DNA of 50,726 nucleotides, the filler included, from Jimgerdemannia flammicorona (taxonomy: Eukaryota), in assembly GCA_003990765.1 (NCBI GenBank). It is 2 parts of 2 records of this genome, joined end to end, with 100 filler letters (N's around TTAATTAATTAA, not from the genome) between each part and the next. Parts side by side here need not be neighbours in the genome. Positions count along the whole stretch, not along the records: positions 1 to 25,320 come from RBNJ01000850.1; 1 more part is not named here. One strand, 5' to 3'. Below are positions 12,100 through 25,320 of the stretch, in pieces. The notes below the pieces were generated by a model. That model had not been told where the DNA came from and ran no database searches. It saw only the letters and a program-made list of their open reading frames with translations. The position numbers were made by a program, and so were the translations under genes. Positions within the stretch are counted from its first letter, which is position 1. Each line of letters opens with the position of its first letter.

Positions 12100-12550
12100 C
12101 AAAAGTACTGTGATGGCACTCAAGATCACTAGTGCTACCCAAAGAGCCATCGAAAGACAATGGCACACCACCGAGCCTCTGACCATAGAGGCATACTATG
12201 AGAATATTCAGAGTATTGTGCAGACTCATCTCTCTCAGATCTCACACTTTAGAGCCTATCAATATTTGGCAGAATTCTAAGAGTACTTCAAGCTTAGACA
12301 GGTGCTCAATCAGGATCCAGCAAAGACCAAAGAGGACTGGATTGCTGAGTGTCAACTCTCCCACTCACAGATTACTATCGCCAAAAGGATCCACAAGTTA
12401 TTCTGAGAAGATGAACCAGTGATAGACCACCTGAGAGGAGTAACCCCTACCGACTTCAAGAAAGTGAGAAGACATCATTGGGAAACAGTCATGCAGCAAA
12501 TTGCACAGTACAAGACCATACAGATGGTTGAAGCCTGAGAGTTTAAATAG
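12089..12550 (+). pseudogene. Extra 3' ORF of unknown function between integrase and 3' LTR
   Basis: ATG overlaps the integrase end; reads through TAA/TGA stops to ...AKRIHKLF*EDEPVIDHLRGVTPTDFKKV... Confidence 0.65.
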
Positions 12551-12587
12551 ATGCCACAGGGACAAGACCATCTATTCAGGAGGAAGT

Positions 12588-13065
12588 TGTGATGATATAA
12601 CCAAATTTGGAAGAAGGAAATAAGGGAATAGACACTTGATCGCACCCATTCCCAAAGTAGTATAGCCTTATAGTTAGCAGTCCTCGATTTTGATATTGTC
12701 TAAATTCTTAGACATTGTCTAAACTTTTAGACATTATCCAAATTGAATACCCCGATTTAGTATAGTATTTAGATATTGTCCAAATGTTTTGACAAAGTCC
12801 AAATAACTCATTTATTACTTAGCCACCCTCTTATAGCTAGCAAACTTGTATAAATAACCCAGTATCTTCAAGTGAATAAACCTCAAATCGAAATAGTTCA
12901 AAGCAAAGAGATAGCAAAGAAACTAGTAAGCCTGCAGGCAGATATACTTCGAACTCACCCACCCTCCCCTACAACTTCAAGAGACTCTGCAAGAGTCAAA
13001 ACAGTTAAGTTTTCAAGATACAGAAATCCGACGTACTTTCAAGAGTAAGCATCCGCTACATTACA
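12588..13065 (+). repeat. 3' LTR of the Gypsy element
   Basis: TG...CA ends, preceding PPT, TATAAAT at ~12848, AATAAA at ~12875. Confidence 0.75.
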
Positions 13066-13870
13066 ATACTTATATAGTTATATATCTACTATATTACAAT
13101 AATTAATACTAATTTTAATATTATTTTATACTTTTAATAATAGTATTAATATATAAAAGATTTAATAAAATAACTTTAAAAGTTTAAAGAAATGTATTTT
13201 AAAATATAATATAATAAAAATAACTTAATTAAAAAAATTACAATATTATTTATAAATAGATTAAAATATTTTAATTTATTATTAATATAAATTTAAATAA
13301 TAATAATAAAAAGAAAGAGTAATAATAATAATAATATATTATTATTATTATAAAATAGATGATTTGACTTAAAATAATTATTTTAATATTATTATTATTA
13401 TAAGTACTAGACCTCTTTATTAACTAATCTATAATAAATACAAAGTTCTCATATTATACTAGTAGTCCTAACTCAACTCTATTCTACTTTATTTTACTCT
13501 AATATACTTCCCCCCCCCCCCCCATTCTCTCTCTCTTAAAAACCACTAGTTTATTAACTATCTCAATCTACTTATTACTTCTCTCATATATCTCTTTTAT
13601 AGTAATCTCTTTAAGAGTTTCACTCCTTCTATCAGTCAGACAGAATATCTATTATTAACTCCTTCCACCTTACTATTCTTCTCTTAAGACTATCTATTTC
13701 TTATTCTTGAATATATATAGCTAGTATCTAGCTAACCTTACTTATACTACTAATGATTATCTAATAGTGAGTTACTTATTACTAATCAACTCCACCAACT
13801 GCTCTCTTAAGTTATCTTATCTACCTCACTCTCTACTTTCTTATCTTCTTACCCCCAGATAATTTCCAAC

Positions 13871-14539
13871 TATTCAATGTCTAGTTATAATGTCTGACCA
13901 GTATATGAAAGTTACATATAATCCTCAAATGTGAAAGAAGACAACCTATATATAAAAGATATAACTCTCTGATATAAAAGAAGAAAATCCATAAATATAA
14001 TTATTATTTTCAATATATATATTTATAATGAAAAGAAAACTGGCCCCATATCTATATATATATATGAACAGAGAGAGGGAGTAGTAGATAAAAATAAGAG
14101 TAAATATATATGTATAGTAAATATATATAGAGTATAGAAAGTAGTATATTGAGCAAAGAATAATAAATAGAACTAGTATAAAGTACCTAATGCTATAGAT
14201 TATCCAAATAGGAATATATACCTAAATTATATATTAAAATATTACATTATCCTTCCACTATGCTAAAACAGAAATATAGATAATGTGTATATACTAAAGT
14301 CATTAGTACTAAAGATATTTCTACAATTATTGACCTATGATCTCAACTAAGCCCACTCATTCAATATTTAGCTATAATGTCTAATTAGTATATAAAAGTT
14401 ATAACCCTCTGCTGTGAAAGTAAACAACTCATATATAGAAGATATAACTCTTTAATGCAAAAAAAGAAACCCCAAAATATAATTATTATTTCTAGTAAAT
14501 ATATTTAGAGAAAATATATAGTAAAAAGAAAACTAGCTC
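13871..14539. repeat. Pair of diverged ~180-bp direct repeats (13871-14048 and 14358-14539)
   Basis: Alignable by eye; ~310-bp spacer; position fits Ngaro B1-A2-B2 terminal repeats. Confidence 0.7.
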
Positions 14540-14909
14540 AAATAAAGTATTGTATAATGTAAAGAAGAAGCTGAATGAATATTGATAAAGAAAAATAAGA
14601 GAGAGAAGTCAAAGAGACATCTAAAGAATAAGAATATCAAAAGTAGAAGAAAGAGGAGAAGGTAAGTAGTAGTGTGAGTAATGTAAGGAGATAGAGCAGA
14701 TGGCTATATACAGCATGGAGCCATAGAACTGGTATAGTAGCCTACATAGTATAGAGAGACCATTACTGACTAGTCAATATCATAGACAAGTAGTCAGAAT
14801 GTTGATAGAGATTATTAGTGATCAAGAGAGATATGTAAATCTTAATAATTTAAGACATAAATATATATATATACTCTTTGAAAATTCTGCTAGATCATTA
14901 TCTAAATAT

Positions 14910-16423
14910 TGTAACAGTGACCCCAGAATGATGACATCAGCACAGGAGACAGCCTTTCCTTGCAAGCCACCAGATCGAAGCACAAGATGATCATACAGCA
15001 TACGAGATGAGCAATGATGACCAACTGTGAGTCATTGTGACCACAGCACAAGTATTCTGAAGAATATAAAAGAAGGATCAAGGAACTGCAGTAGCAGCAA
15101 CTAATAAGAACTACTAATTCCAAAATAGCTCAAAGACTTACCACAAATGAAATGCCTGCTACTTGCTAAATCTCAAGGTTAAGGAATCACCAAGGTATCT
15201 TGGTCAAGGAAAGGATGTTCCAAGACATCAGAAGAGCCATGGAAACCCACTCAAGAAGGACTCCTAGTGTCAACCTGGGTACTGCAGACCCTTATCACTT
15301 TATTCTCTACTACCATGAAATGGAAACAAGGATCACCATTGCTACCGAATGCCTCCAAATGTGGCAGGAGTATGAAATAGGAAACCTCCTCTGCCAGGAG
15401 TTCCCACAGGCCAGTACCCAAGAGCTATAAGATGCCACTCCCATAGATATATGTGAAACAAGGACAGCTAAGAAGATCCATCAGATCTTCAGGCATGCAC
15501 TATGGTCAATCCCCAACTTGGAGTATGTTAGAGTCTCAGACTTCAGAGACCTGTCATCCCACCATATTAATGCACTAGAAGCCAGGGTGGCTACAGAAGC
15601 CCTGTCCACTATCACCCTCAATAGTAAAGAAGTTGAAGACTTCTGGCACCCTATCCTTCAGAACAACCCAGACCAATTCCTGCAAGGATTGATCTCAGTA
15701 TTCCAAGGCCCAAGTATCCAGGTTAGACCTCTCCAAGACCCCACATTTGTTCTCTATTTTGTGGAAGAGAACCTCATTAACTGGAGAGCTCCAGATCTTG
15801 TTCCTGATTTCCCTGCCACAGCCAGATGTGATGACATCATCGGCAATGATGTCATCCCACACAATATCGAAGTATGCAAAACATACAACCTGTATAATGA
15901 ATTCGTGGATCTCATCTCCTTCAGTGATGATGATGATGAAGCCCCCATGATCCTGAACTTTCTGCAGATAATGCCAGCACCAGTATTCTCATGTAACACT
16001 GGATAATACCAGTACTGGTATTCTGAGGTGATGCAAAATTATTCCAGTACTAGCATTTTGATGTGACACTAAATAATGCCAGCATCCTGAACCTGTACAA
16101 CCATCAGTGCCAGCCCTGGAACTTAGTAGTTTTAGTTATTGGAATTTATATTTAGCTTTCTATCTTAGCAATCATTGAATTATATTTTGTATAAATACCC
16201 CTCTTATTTCCTCTGAAATAAAGTCAGTCAAGTTCACCTACACACTTTCTTGTAAGCAATCTAAGAGATAACAAGACAGTTAAAGATAAGAAGTTTGAGG
16301 ACTATAAGATCTTGGGAAGGTACTCCAATAAGAACTTGCTTATAACAAACTTGAGTTAGTCTAAGAGATATACCTTGAAGAGAATCTGGCATATTTGAAG
16401 GACTCAGCGACCACTATGTGACA
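14910..16423 (+). mobile_element. 1.5-kb solo LTR containing an ORF, inserted in the tyrosine recombinase gene
   Basis: TGTAACA...TGTGACA ends, 4-bp TSD-like ATAT/GTAT, TATAAAT at ~16190, AATAAA at ~16217. The recombinase frame joins across it. Confidence 0.8.
15152..16006 (+). pseudogene. LTR-encoded ORF of unknown function (~280 codons, two internal stops)
   Basis: ORFs 15200-15430 and 15518-16006 share one frame; motif AKKIHQIF..SIPNLEYVRVSDFRDLS. Confidence 0.7.
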
Positions 16424-19400
16424 GTATTTGTACCTTATAGTCTAAGAGACCCACTACAGTGGCTTCAGATATAGTATTAATTCAAAAGCTATAACTAGTG
16501 AAGAGGATTGAGGTGAGGCTGATTTGAGAAAGTAGAAATTGAAGATACTAGATAAGATAGGATTGAGAGAAGAGATAGTATACCAAGCATACAAACAGGA
16601 GAGTGCCAGATAGTGCAGGAAATATAAGAAATAATAAATATAAGAGTGAGATAATATATGAAATATTCAGAACCATTTAGCCAATAAATAGAGAGCAATT
16701 CTAATAAAAGGAATCTATTTTAGATATTAGTAGAGTGAAGATAATATGTGTAGGATCTGTGATATGAGAGTGGAAGATGATATAGCATTAAGATATATGG
16801 TAGAATACAATTTGCTAGACTGTAAAAAGCCAATATATATAAGAGATATTACTATAGCAAAGTTGAGATCATCAAAATTGAACAAGTGTAGGAGAGTGAG
16901 GAGATAGCATAGAATATTAATTATAATTAGTAACTGAGGGTAGAACAGATATAGTCTGAGCCAGTATTTTATACTATATATTATACAAGAGAGCTATTGA
17001 AGGCTGATGAATGGATCAGTAAAGCTAGAGTTAATGTAGAGAGAATAAATAGCTGAGAGATACTTTTTGATAGTAGGTGATTGCAAATAATATTAGGCAA
17101 GAGAGTATATCTAGCACATTAATACCAGCTTAGATACAGAGAGAGCATAGTGGGGAATGATATGTATAGTCAGATCTATGATGGCTACCATAGAGGGTAT
17201 AGAACTGAAGAAAACTATATTGTTCTGATGAATATGAGTAGCACATTGATTTTGCCAGCCCAAACTACAATAATAGATGGAAGTGTAGTATGCAGATAGT
17301 ACTAATCCATTTTGGGAGCATCTGTATATAGGGGATAAGATAGTGGAAATAGAGTAGGTTAGAGCAGAATAGAGTATCAGTAATACTATTATTGGCTGTA
17401 AAGATATATATAGCAAAAAGTTGAAATATAAAAGATGCTATAAGAAAGTAAAGCTAGTGCAGCAGCTCAAGAAGAAGAGGATTCTGGGAGGTTCCAGAAT
17501 TGATAATAGTGATGATAGCTTAGTTGTCTATATGAAGCAAGATTTGACAAAATAACTAGTAATAGTTCTAAGTTATAGCAGCAGTAATAACTATATATAG
17601 CTCCTTAAATTAAATGTTATATAGAAGAAGATCAGAGAACCAGTGGGTAGAGAACTAAGAGTCCTTATAATATGCTTTAAAGCCAAAATCACCACTAGCA
17701 TTAATCCAGAGCTGACAATTAGAAAAATGAGACCAGTTGACTATATAGATAATAGAGATACCATTTTATTGTAGGAGAAACTCAAGCCACTATAATATAT
17801 CAGTGTAAAAGTCAGCTATGAGTGAGATATAGAAGGTAGAGTTACTAGTAATTAGATCAATAAATCAGCAAAGAAATAGATAGTCAGAAGAGACAATCTT
17901 AATTATAAACACCAATAGATCAATTAGAAATTAAAGTTATGGTCTTATATATATTGAGTATATTGACTATTGATACAGATATTCCATAATCATATAAATC
18001 TTCCTAGTGGGAAGATGAGCTTCCATAGCAGCTAAATCAAGTTTGATATCTATGAAGACTAGAGACATAGTAGGTTCCTCTACCTTACAGTCCTGTATTG
18101 ACCAACTGAGATCAAGGCTAAGTAATAGGAATGATTATAGCTTCCAGTTAGTAATCTTGAGTATAGAGATAGAGACTAGTAAGAAGTCATTGATATAGTA
18201 ACTAAGAGATCAAAGACCCTACTGAAGGGCTATCCATGTGAGGAGTTTTATGAAAAAATTAAAGAGAAAAGGTAAGAATGAGACATTGAATAGGACAAAT
18301 CAGTCAAAGTAGAACTGCTCCACCCATTCAAAACTGAGCAGCTCTCAGTCAGTAGAGTGTATGAGAATGTAGTAATTATATCAGCTAGGTTAATCTTTGA
18401 TAAAAGACACCTATGATTAAGCTGACAAACTAGATTAAATTAAGCACATTGTTGAAATGAATATACAATAGCTAAACCACATTATAGTTGATACTAGTAT
18501 TCACTGATTCACTCTTATGAGACCAAGAGAGGTCATAAATATAATATCAAATGGTGCTACAGTTCTTCTTTATGATGGCACCTAAAGGGAATCATCAGAA
18601 ATTCAGGAAAGATAGAGAAGAGAATGGGCTACAGATACATCCTACTGGTGGTTCCTTTTTGATATCCTGGGTAATAGTATCAGGGTGGTCTAAGGTAAAG
18701 TAATAGTTATGAATAAGAAAATTATATCTAGGATTATTGAAATTAAGTAGGATGTCAAATAAAATAGCATTAATAGTAGCCTGAGATATAGACTGATCAG
18801 GGTAGAATTATAGTTTGTATGTCTATATAGTGATAAATAATAAAATAAGAAGTGGTGAAAAATGATATAAGATGACTAGAGTGGTATCATCAGGAGGTGA
18901 TGTGATCAGATATTATAGGTAGGTGTTTGGAGCAAAAGAGGGGACAAAGAGAAACTCAATAAGAGTAAGTTTCTAGAGACAAAATAGCAGATTGTAAGAG
19001 CAGTATGACTATAAGTAATCTTTATTACAATAGATACAGATTTAGATATAGATGTAGCTCTTCTATCAATAGTCAAGATCTCTGGTAGAGGAACTATCAA
19101 ATATAATACAGTTGTTGACACAGCATATAGGCCTACTAGATATATCTTCAGAAGTCTGTGGAGTAGAGAACTCTACTGAGCAAGAGGGGCAAGAGGAGTT
19201 GTAGACTTTCCCAAGAGGTTTGAAAGTAGTGATAGATATGTGGGGCCATTGGTGTAGGCTCAGAACTATGAATAGATTAGAGTCATAATGTACCCAGAGA
19301 TAGCACTATATAAAGAGATACTGTTACTCACTATTTTAGTGATCTACTTAGTGTAAAAAGAGATATAATAGTTAAGTAGTACAGACCAAAAAGATAAAAA

Positions 19401-19989
19401 TAAAGTTAGTGGTATAGGTGAAGAATAGAGTAGATTTGGTAAGCCCAGGATATATATTGTACAAGATGCTGAAGTAGATGAGAAGGGCTGCAAGGAATGT
19501 CAGAATATTAGGTAGGTCTTTCAAGATTACTAGAGATTTCTGCAGGATGACCTTTGAGTCTGAGCCATTGACTGTTTCAATGAATTGAGCCTTAAGAAGA
19601 GCTTCAGAGAACAAGATATTATACTTAAGAAGATGAGCAAGAGAAATGGCAGAGAAGAAGTTATTGATAACTATAGTCAGTAAGTATTAGTTGATATAAG
19701 CATATTTAAGTAAAAGATTGATACTACAAACCATAGTATGTGGGGTAGTGGTGGGAGAGATATGAAGAATAGGAAGGAACTCACTCTAAGAGTTGCTTGA
19801 TAGACCAAAACTACTCATGAGGATTGAGACAAAGATAGCTATCAGAGAGATAGGCATGGCTACAATAGTAGTAGACAATGAGATAATGGTATAGTTGATA
19901 ATAGCTTGATTGATAGCTGGGTGGAGATACTAGAGAGCCATCTTTCTCAAGTATTATTTGGATTACACAACCTTTGGAAAGCACTTACA

Positions 19990-22900
19990 ACATCATTCTT
20001 AGAGAAAAGAGACTAGCAACATGGTGACCAATAGACAATCTGAGGTATATACTATGCAGAGTGGCCCAAGTACATTCAACTGGCAATATGTAGGGAGAGG
20101 CCCTGGTCTGGGGGGAAATATGAGGGGGCTGCTGATAGGAGGATGCAGAAGGGGAGAAAGCAGTGGTGGAGAACAGAGGTCTAGAAGAGTGAGCTTTGCA
20201 GAGACAGTAAAAGAGAGACAGCAGGCATCTAGGCTGGAGGAATGGCTGAGAAAAGGCAAGGAGATGGGGTAGGTAGCAGTATATAGGGGAGTAGCCCTTG
20301 GTGGTGGAGGCAGTAGAGCTGGGGGTATAGTGACTGGAGTAAATATGATGGCTGATAGTGACAGGACTGTCAATCTGGAAAAAAATCCAGATGTGACTGC
20401 TGATGGCAAGGCTGAGCAGTTGGGGCTTGGAAGGCAGGGAGATTTAGTGGATAGTGTAATGGGCCTAGTGATGGCCCCATTACTCAAGAAGTTGATCTCG
20501 GCATTTGTGGTTACATTGTACTTCTGAGGCCTAGTAGTGACAGTGAAAATAGTACTGGGGCTTATTGCTAAGCAGATGGCTAGAGTAGCATCAGTAAAGT
20601 TTCTAAAGGGATTGGAGGGAGTGGAGGTGGGCTTTGAGAAGGCTGGGTCTTTGGAGGAGGCACTGAAGGCTGGATTGACTATTGGGGAGATATGTATTCT
20701 AATGGCACATTGCCTGAGATGAGATCCCAGGGTGGGACAACTGCTGGTAAAAGGAGTGCCCATAGTGATGGTGGTGGAGATAAGAAGGAGAGTCAAGGAG
20801 GTCATGGCTGAATATGGAGAGATGGTGGATATCAGATTCAGAGTCTGGAAAGGGACCTTGCTCAGAACTGGGGATGTTGATATCAGGATTCAGTTGGCAG
20901 AGAAGGAAGCTACTGGGAAGACAAGAGACTGGCCTTCAGTAATGGTCTGGGGGGTAATCTTGTGCAAGGTGATGAGGGTGAAGAGGAGTAAGAAGGAAGA
21001 GGACTTATTGAAAGTGCTGGAAGAGCTGAGTGGTGTATTGGAGCAGTGGGTGAAGGCTTGAAAGGCCTTTGTGGAGTTGACATATTTGGAGGTAGTGGAT
21101 GGGAAGTGGATTCAAGTAGACAAAGAGCAGTGAGAGAGGGCCCAGGAATGTAAGAGATAGAAAGAGCTGCTGGCTAAACTAGAGAGTAGACTACAGAAGG
21201 ATGCAAGTGGAATTGAGGAAGCAGAGAGTACCAAAGTGAGCATCTGGGCCAGTGAGGGTAGAGGAGTTGGGGGGAAGGAGATGGGAGAGGACAGAGAGGT
21301 AATTGACAATAACCTATATGCAGATAGTATGTTTGAGGTCTGGAAGGAGGACTAGAAGACCTCACCTATACCTACCTCCCTTATCAGGTGAGGCCTGGCT
21401 TCTAGAAGTAGGGTGGCAGAGGATGTGTCTATGCAGGGGGCCCTGAAAGTGCAATTTGGAGTTCCAGAGATAGCGAATAGGGGACAAGTGGTGGCAGTTG
21501 GAGAGGAGGAACTGGTGGATGTCCCAGAGGTATAGGATGAGTCTGTAAGTCCTGGGGCTGATACCATGATACTGGATAGAGGAAGGCCAGTAACTTCTAG
21601 AGGGAAGAAGGTGGGGAACCTACTTTGGATATATAGGATAATGAACAACTTGGCAGCTGAAGAGTTAGGGGAGGTGGACTTGAGAGTAATGAGCGATGAG
21701 CATTGGGCACAGATCCTGCAGAGAGATGGAGTAGTGATGATATTGAAGGCAGAAATCCTTGTAGTATATCTGGAGAAGGAAGGGTAAGAGGTGAATAAGG
21801 AGTGGGAGGTAGAGCTGGCAGGTATTGCTGGTGAGAGAGCCAACTACTACTGGGCCAAGTATCATGAATTGCAGCTCTGGCAGAAGGCCTGCCTAGAGTA
21901 CCAGGAGGAGTTTGAGGAGAAGGCAGATGGGGAGATAAATGAGCTATTGGCTGGAATGGAGGCTAAGAGGGCTGAAGAGGAGGAGTTAACTACAGAATAT
22001 AATCTGGATATAGCACAGAAAGAGATGAACATGGAGCAGTAGAGGATAGACTTGATAACACACCATATTTCATTATGAATAGTACAACTAACATTTTTTC
22101 TTTGAATGTAAATAGATTGCAGGACTCTTCTTGATATAGGAACATTTTTACTTAGCTGAAGGGATTGGAGACCAATCTCTTCCTCTTACAGGATATCAGG
22201 TGTGAGGATGATTTGGATAGACTGAAATGGATGAAGGAATGGGAAGGTGAGGCAGTTTGGAAGAGCAAGGTTAGAATTCTGGTCCAGAGAGACAGAGGGG
22301 AGATATATGATGTAAGGAGCTAGAGAGATAGATTGGTCTAGGGAGAGTGGACATATACAGGTTGAGAGCTGGTTACAGTGGGCTCCTATTACTGTTCTGC
22401 TGTATAGGGTGAGCATGTAGATTGAGTGAAGGGTCTTCAGAAAAGTGGGGTCCTTGCAGAGGCTGGGGTAGATATGCTGGGTGGAGACTTCAATATGGTC
22501 TGGGATATACTGGTAGATAGAACTGATGGAGGATAGAGAGCTGAGGATAGGAGTAGAGGGCTGGTGGTATAGGAGGAAGTGGAAAGACTAAGTGCTCTAA
22601 TAGATGCTGGCAGGGAGTATTGGAAGGATAGGAGGGTATATACACATTGGGCAGAGGGCCTGGGGATGAGGATTGACTGAATTTTGACAGCTAGCTATTG
22701 GGGTTTGGATGTTTGGAAGTTGCTGGAGATGGAGTGGTGTCTATGATCAGATCATTGGGGGCTGTTAGGACAGAGATATTTTGGGGGAAGTGGGGATGGG
22801 CCTGGACATTGGCACCTCAATTCCTCTTTATTAGATGATAGGATCTAGTGAGATAAGTGAGCTGAGGACATTCAACTGAGGGTAGAGGGCTGGAGACAGA

Positions 22901-25006
22901 AAGGTGCCCCAGTTGGTGTCGGTGGATGTGGATGAAAGAGATGGCCAGGGTCTACTGGAGTGAGGCTGGCAAGGAGGCTGGGAAGCAGAGGAGGTGACAG
23001 GTGAGATGGGCTTCTGTAAGACTGGCTAGACTCTTGGAAGATTGGGCAGAGCTAGTGACATTAGAGGGGAGAGAGGATTGGAGATTAATGAGAGCAAAAA
23101 TGGAGGTTGGAGAATTATAACAGGTGTTGCAGGAAGAGGAAGAGGCAAGGGTGCAGAGCTTAGTGATAAGGTTTTGTTGGTAGGGTTTGGAGGAAGGAGA
23201 AAGGCCCTCCAAGTATCTCATGAGAGCTCTTCAGGTGAGAAGGATACAGCAATGGTGAGAGGGGGTACTTGACTCTGATAATATACTAGTGCATGGTATA
23301 TAAGATATTCTTGGATCATTAAAGGAGTTATGGAGTGGATTATTGAGTGAGGAGGAGGGTGGGGCTGATGCTGCTGCTATTGAATAGACATTGGAGAATT
23401 GGCACCCCCTCATAAGTAGATGGGCTGGGTGACTTAGTGTTGCCAGTACAAGAGGAAGAGATCTACCAGGTTCTTGCCATGATAATGCTAGGTATGGTAC
23501 CTAGGGAGGATGGTCTGCCCTGGGACTTCTGGAAGAATATGATAGAAGTCCCAAGGGTACTGGGTGAGATAACAGCATTGTGTAATTTTATACTATAGTT
23601 AGAGAGATGGGTGGGAGAGCAGAATTTGGGACTGGTGATGTTGCTTTACAAGAACAAAGGAAGGAGAGAGGACTGGAAGAACTGGTGGCCAATTATGCCA
23701 CTGGATATAGACAGAAAGTTAGTAACTAAGGTGGTGGTCACAAGGCTACAGAGAGTGTCCCAGCAAGTCTTGGGTGTTGAACAGAGGGGCTTTGTAAGAG
23801 GCCAGATCATTAGAGATGATACAGCCTGGGTACATGGAGTTATTGAAGAGGCATAAGCTTGTAGACTGGATGGACAACTGGTCTTCTTGAATCAGAAGAA
23901 GGCTTATGACCAGATGCAGCAAGTCTGGCTGGCAAAAGTATTGGATAGGACTAGGGTACAGCACCAGTTCCAGTTAGCAATAATCAGCCTACTGGAAGGA
24001 AGTCAGGCTATGCTCATGTGTAATGGGCATAGAGGGGTATCATTTTCCCTGAGTAGGAGTGTGCCCCAGGCAGATCCACTGTCTCCCATTCTGTATACTC
24101 TTTCCCTGGAACCTCTAATGGATAGAATCAGATAGAAGATAGTGGGGCTCTCAGTCTTTGGAATTGGGTAGAAAGTTCTTTGCAGATGACATGGTGGTCA
24201 GCCTGGGATCAATTGCTGATATTGAGAAGCTCAAGAAGACAGTAGAGTGGTATGAGATAAACTCTGGGGCTAAACTCAATTGGCACAAGTGTGAAACAAT
24301 GGTGTTGGGCAATAGTCTGGTGGGAGGGGATGTTATTGGAACAATCGTCCCTACTGAAGAGGTTGTGTAGTACTTGGATATCTATTTGTCAGTATATGGA
24401 TCAGTCCTACCAAGACTTTGGTGGAAGCAGAGGGTTAAAATCTGGGGGGAGGCCCTATAGATTTGGGGAGGTTGCCACTTGTCTCTAGCAGGGTATGTCT
24501 CAATTTTGAATATCTATTGGCTGCTGAAGTTGTGGTATCTGGCTTATCATCTGGACTTCCTAGCCTGAGTGGTGAAGAGACTGATGAAGCTGGCCAAAGG
24601 GTGGATCTGGGCTAGAAGAAGAAGTCAGATCAGTTGGGAGGTCTTATTCTTAGGAGGACTTGGGCTGGTTGACATTCTGAAGAGACTGTACTGCTTGAGA
24701 GCATGGTGGTTAAAGAGAGCAGTGGAGTTGAGAGGGGGTAGCTAAGTTCTCCTATTGCAGAAGATCTGGGAGATAAGGTCCTCATCAAGAGGCTTGACAG
24801 GAGATCTACTATTCTTGGTTAAGCTTCGGAACACTGGACAATTGAGATACAAAGGCTTCTGATGGGGGATAGTAAAGAGGGTGCACTGTATTGGAATTTG
24901 TTGGCAGGGAAATAAAGGGGAGGTGGCTTGGGATCTGGTAATGTAGAGATAGAACTGAGTGTTGCTGGGAGGCATTTCCTTAATTAAGTTCAATATTAGT
25001 GATAGG
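19990..25006 (+). mobile_element. LINE (L1/Tx1-like) non-LTR retrotransposon, decayed, 3' end cut by a hAT end
   Basis: ORF1 remnants ~20060-22040. ORF2 has APE motifs (SLNVN, GGDFN, RID, SDH) and RT motifs (EDGLP, WPIMPLDIDRK, EQRGF, KAYD, VPQADPLSP, FADD). Confidence 0.9.
22074..25006 (+). pseudogene. LINE ORF2 (APE endonuclease + reverse transcriptase)
   Basis: Motifs as above with many stops and frameshifts. Confidence 0.88.
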
Positions 25007-25320
25007 TAGTGCTCCTAACGAGTCAATTTAATCCGGATTGGATTCGGATTGATTCGGATTGAATCTCATCCGGATCAACTCGGATGGGATTCGAATCCCA
25101 TCCGGATGGATTCGAATCGGATTCGAATCAACCATTGTTTTGATTTCCAAATTAGACAATTAAATGTTTACATCAATAACTTGATGAATAATTATCCAAA
25201 TTTGATGATCTTGGTGTCATTTGAAAGCCCTTAATAAGGCCTATCTAATGATACCAAGAACATTGAAATCCGATCATGCGTTGCTGAGTTATGAAGGAAA
25301 ACGTCTGAATCGCCGATTTT
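25007..25320. mobile_element. Terminus of a second, related hAT element running into the gap
   Basis: Starts TAGTGCTCCTAACGAGTCAATT, matching the reverse complement of the 9536 end; GATTCGGATT subterminal repeats with intact CpG. Confidence 0.85.

Larger units (their letters stand above)
741..13065 (+). mobile_element. Ty3/Gypsy LTR retrotransposon (gag-PR-dUTPase-RT-RH-INT-extra ORF-3'LTR), decayed; 5' part displaced by insertion
   Basis: Domain order, PPT-like AGGAGGAAG before TG at 12588, many CGA/CAG/TGG-derived stops. Confidence 0.93.
13871..19990 (-). mobile_element. DIRS-order (Ngaro-like) tyrosine-recombinase retrotransposon relic
   Basis: Minus-strand remnants: RT (ELLSFEWVEQFYFD..LPFLFN; YYINDFL at ~18183-18200), RNase H (LYTDA), recombinase (GFLQSSKL, SKIDSF, SYSF*I, QILR**SS..FKEYI) and downstream split direct repeats. 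Boundaries approximate. Confidence 0.75.

Noticed and set aside
12089..12550. Extra ORF as a retroviral env gene
   Set aside because: Short, with no signal peptide, transmembrane helix or furin site visible.
19999..20805. 268-aa minus-strand ORF
   Set aside because: Ser/Pro/Thr-rich antisense shadow of the purine-rich LINE ORF1.
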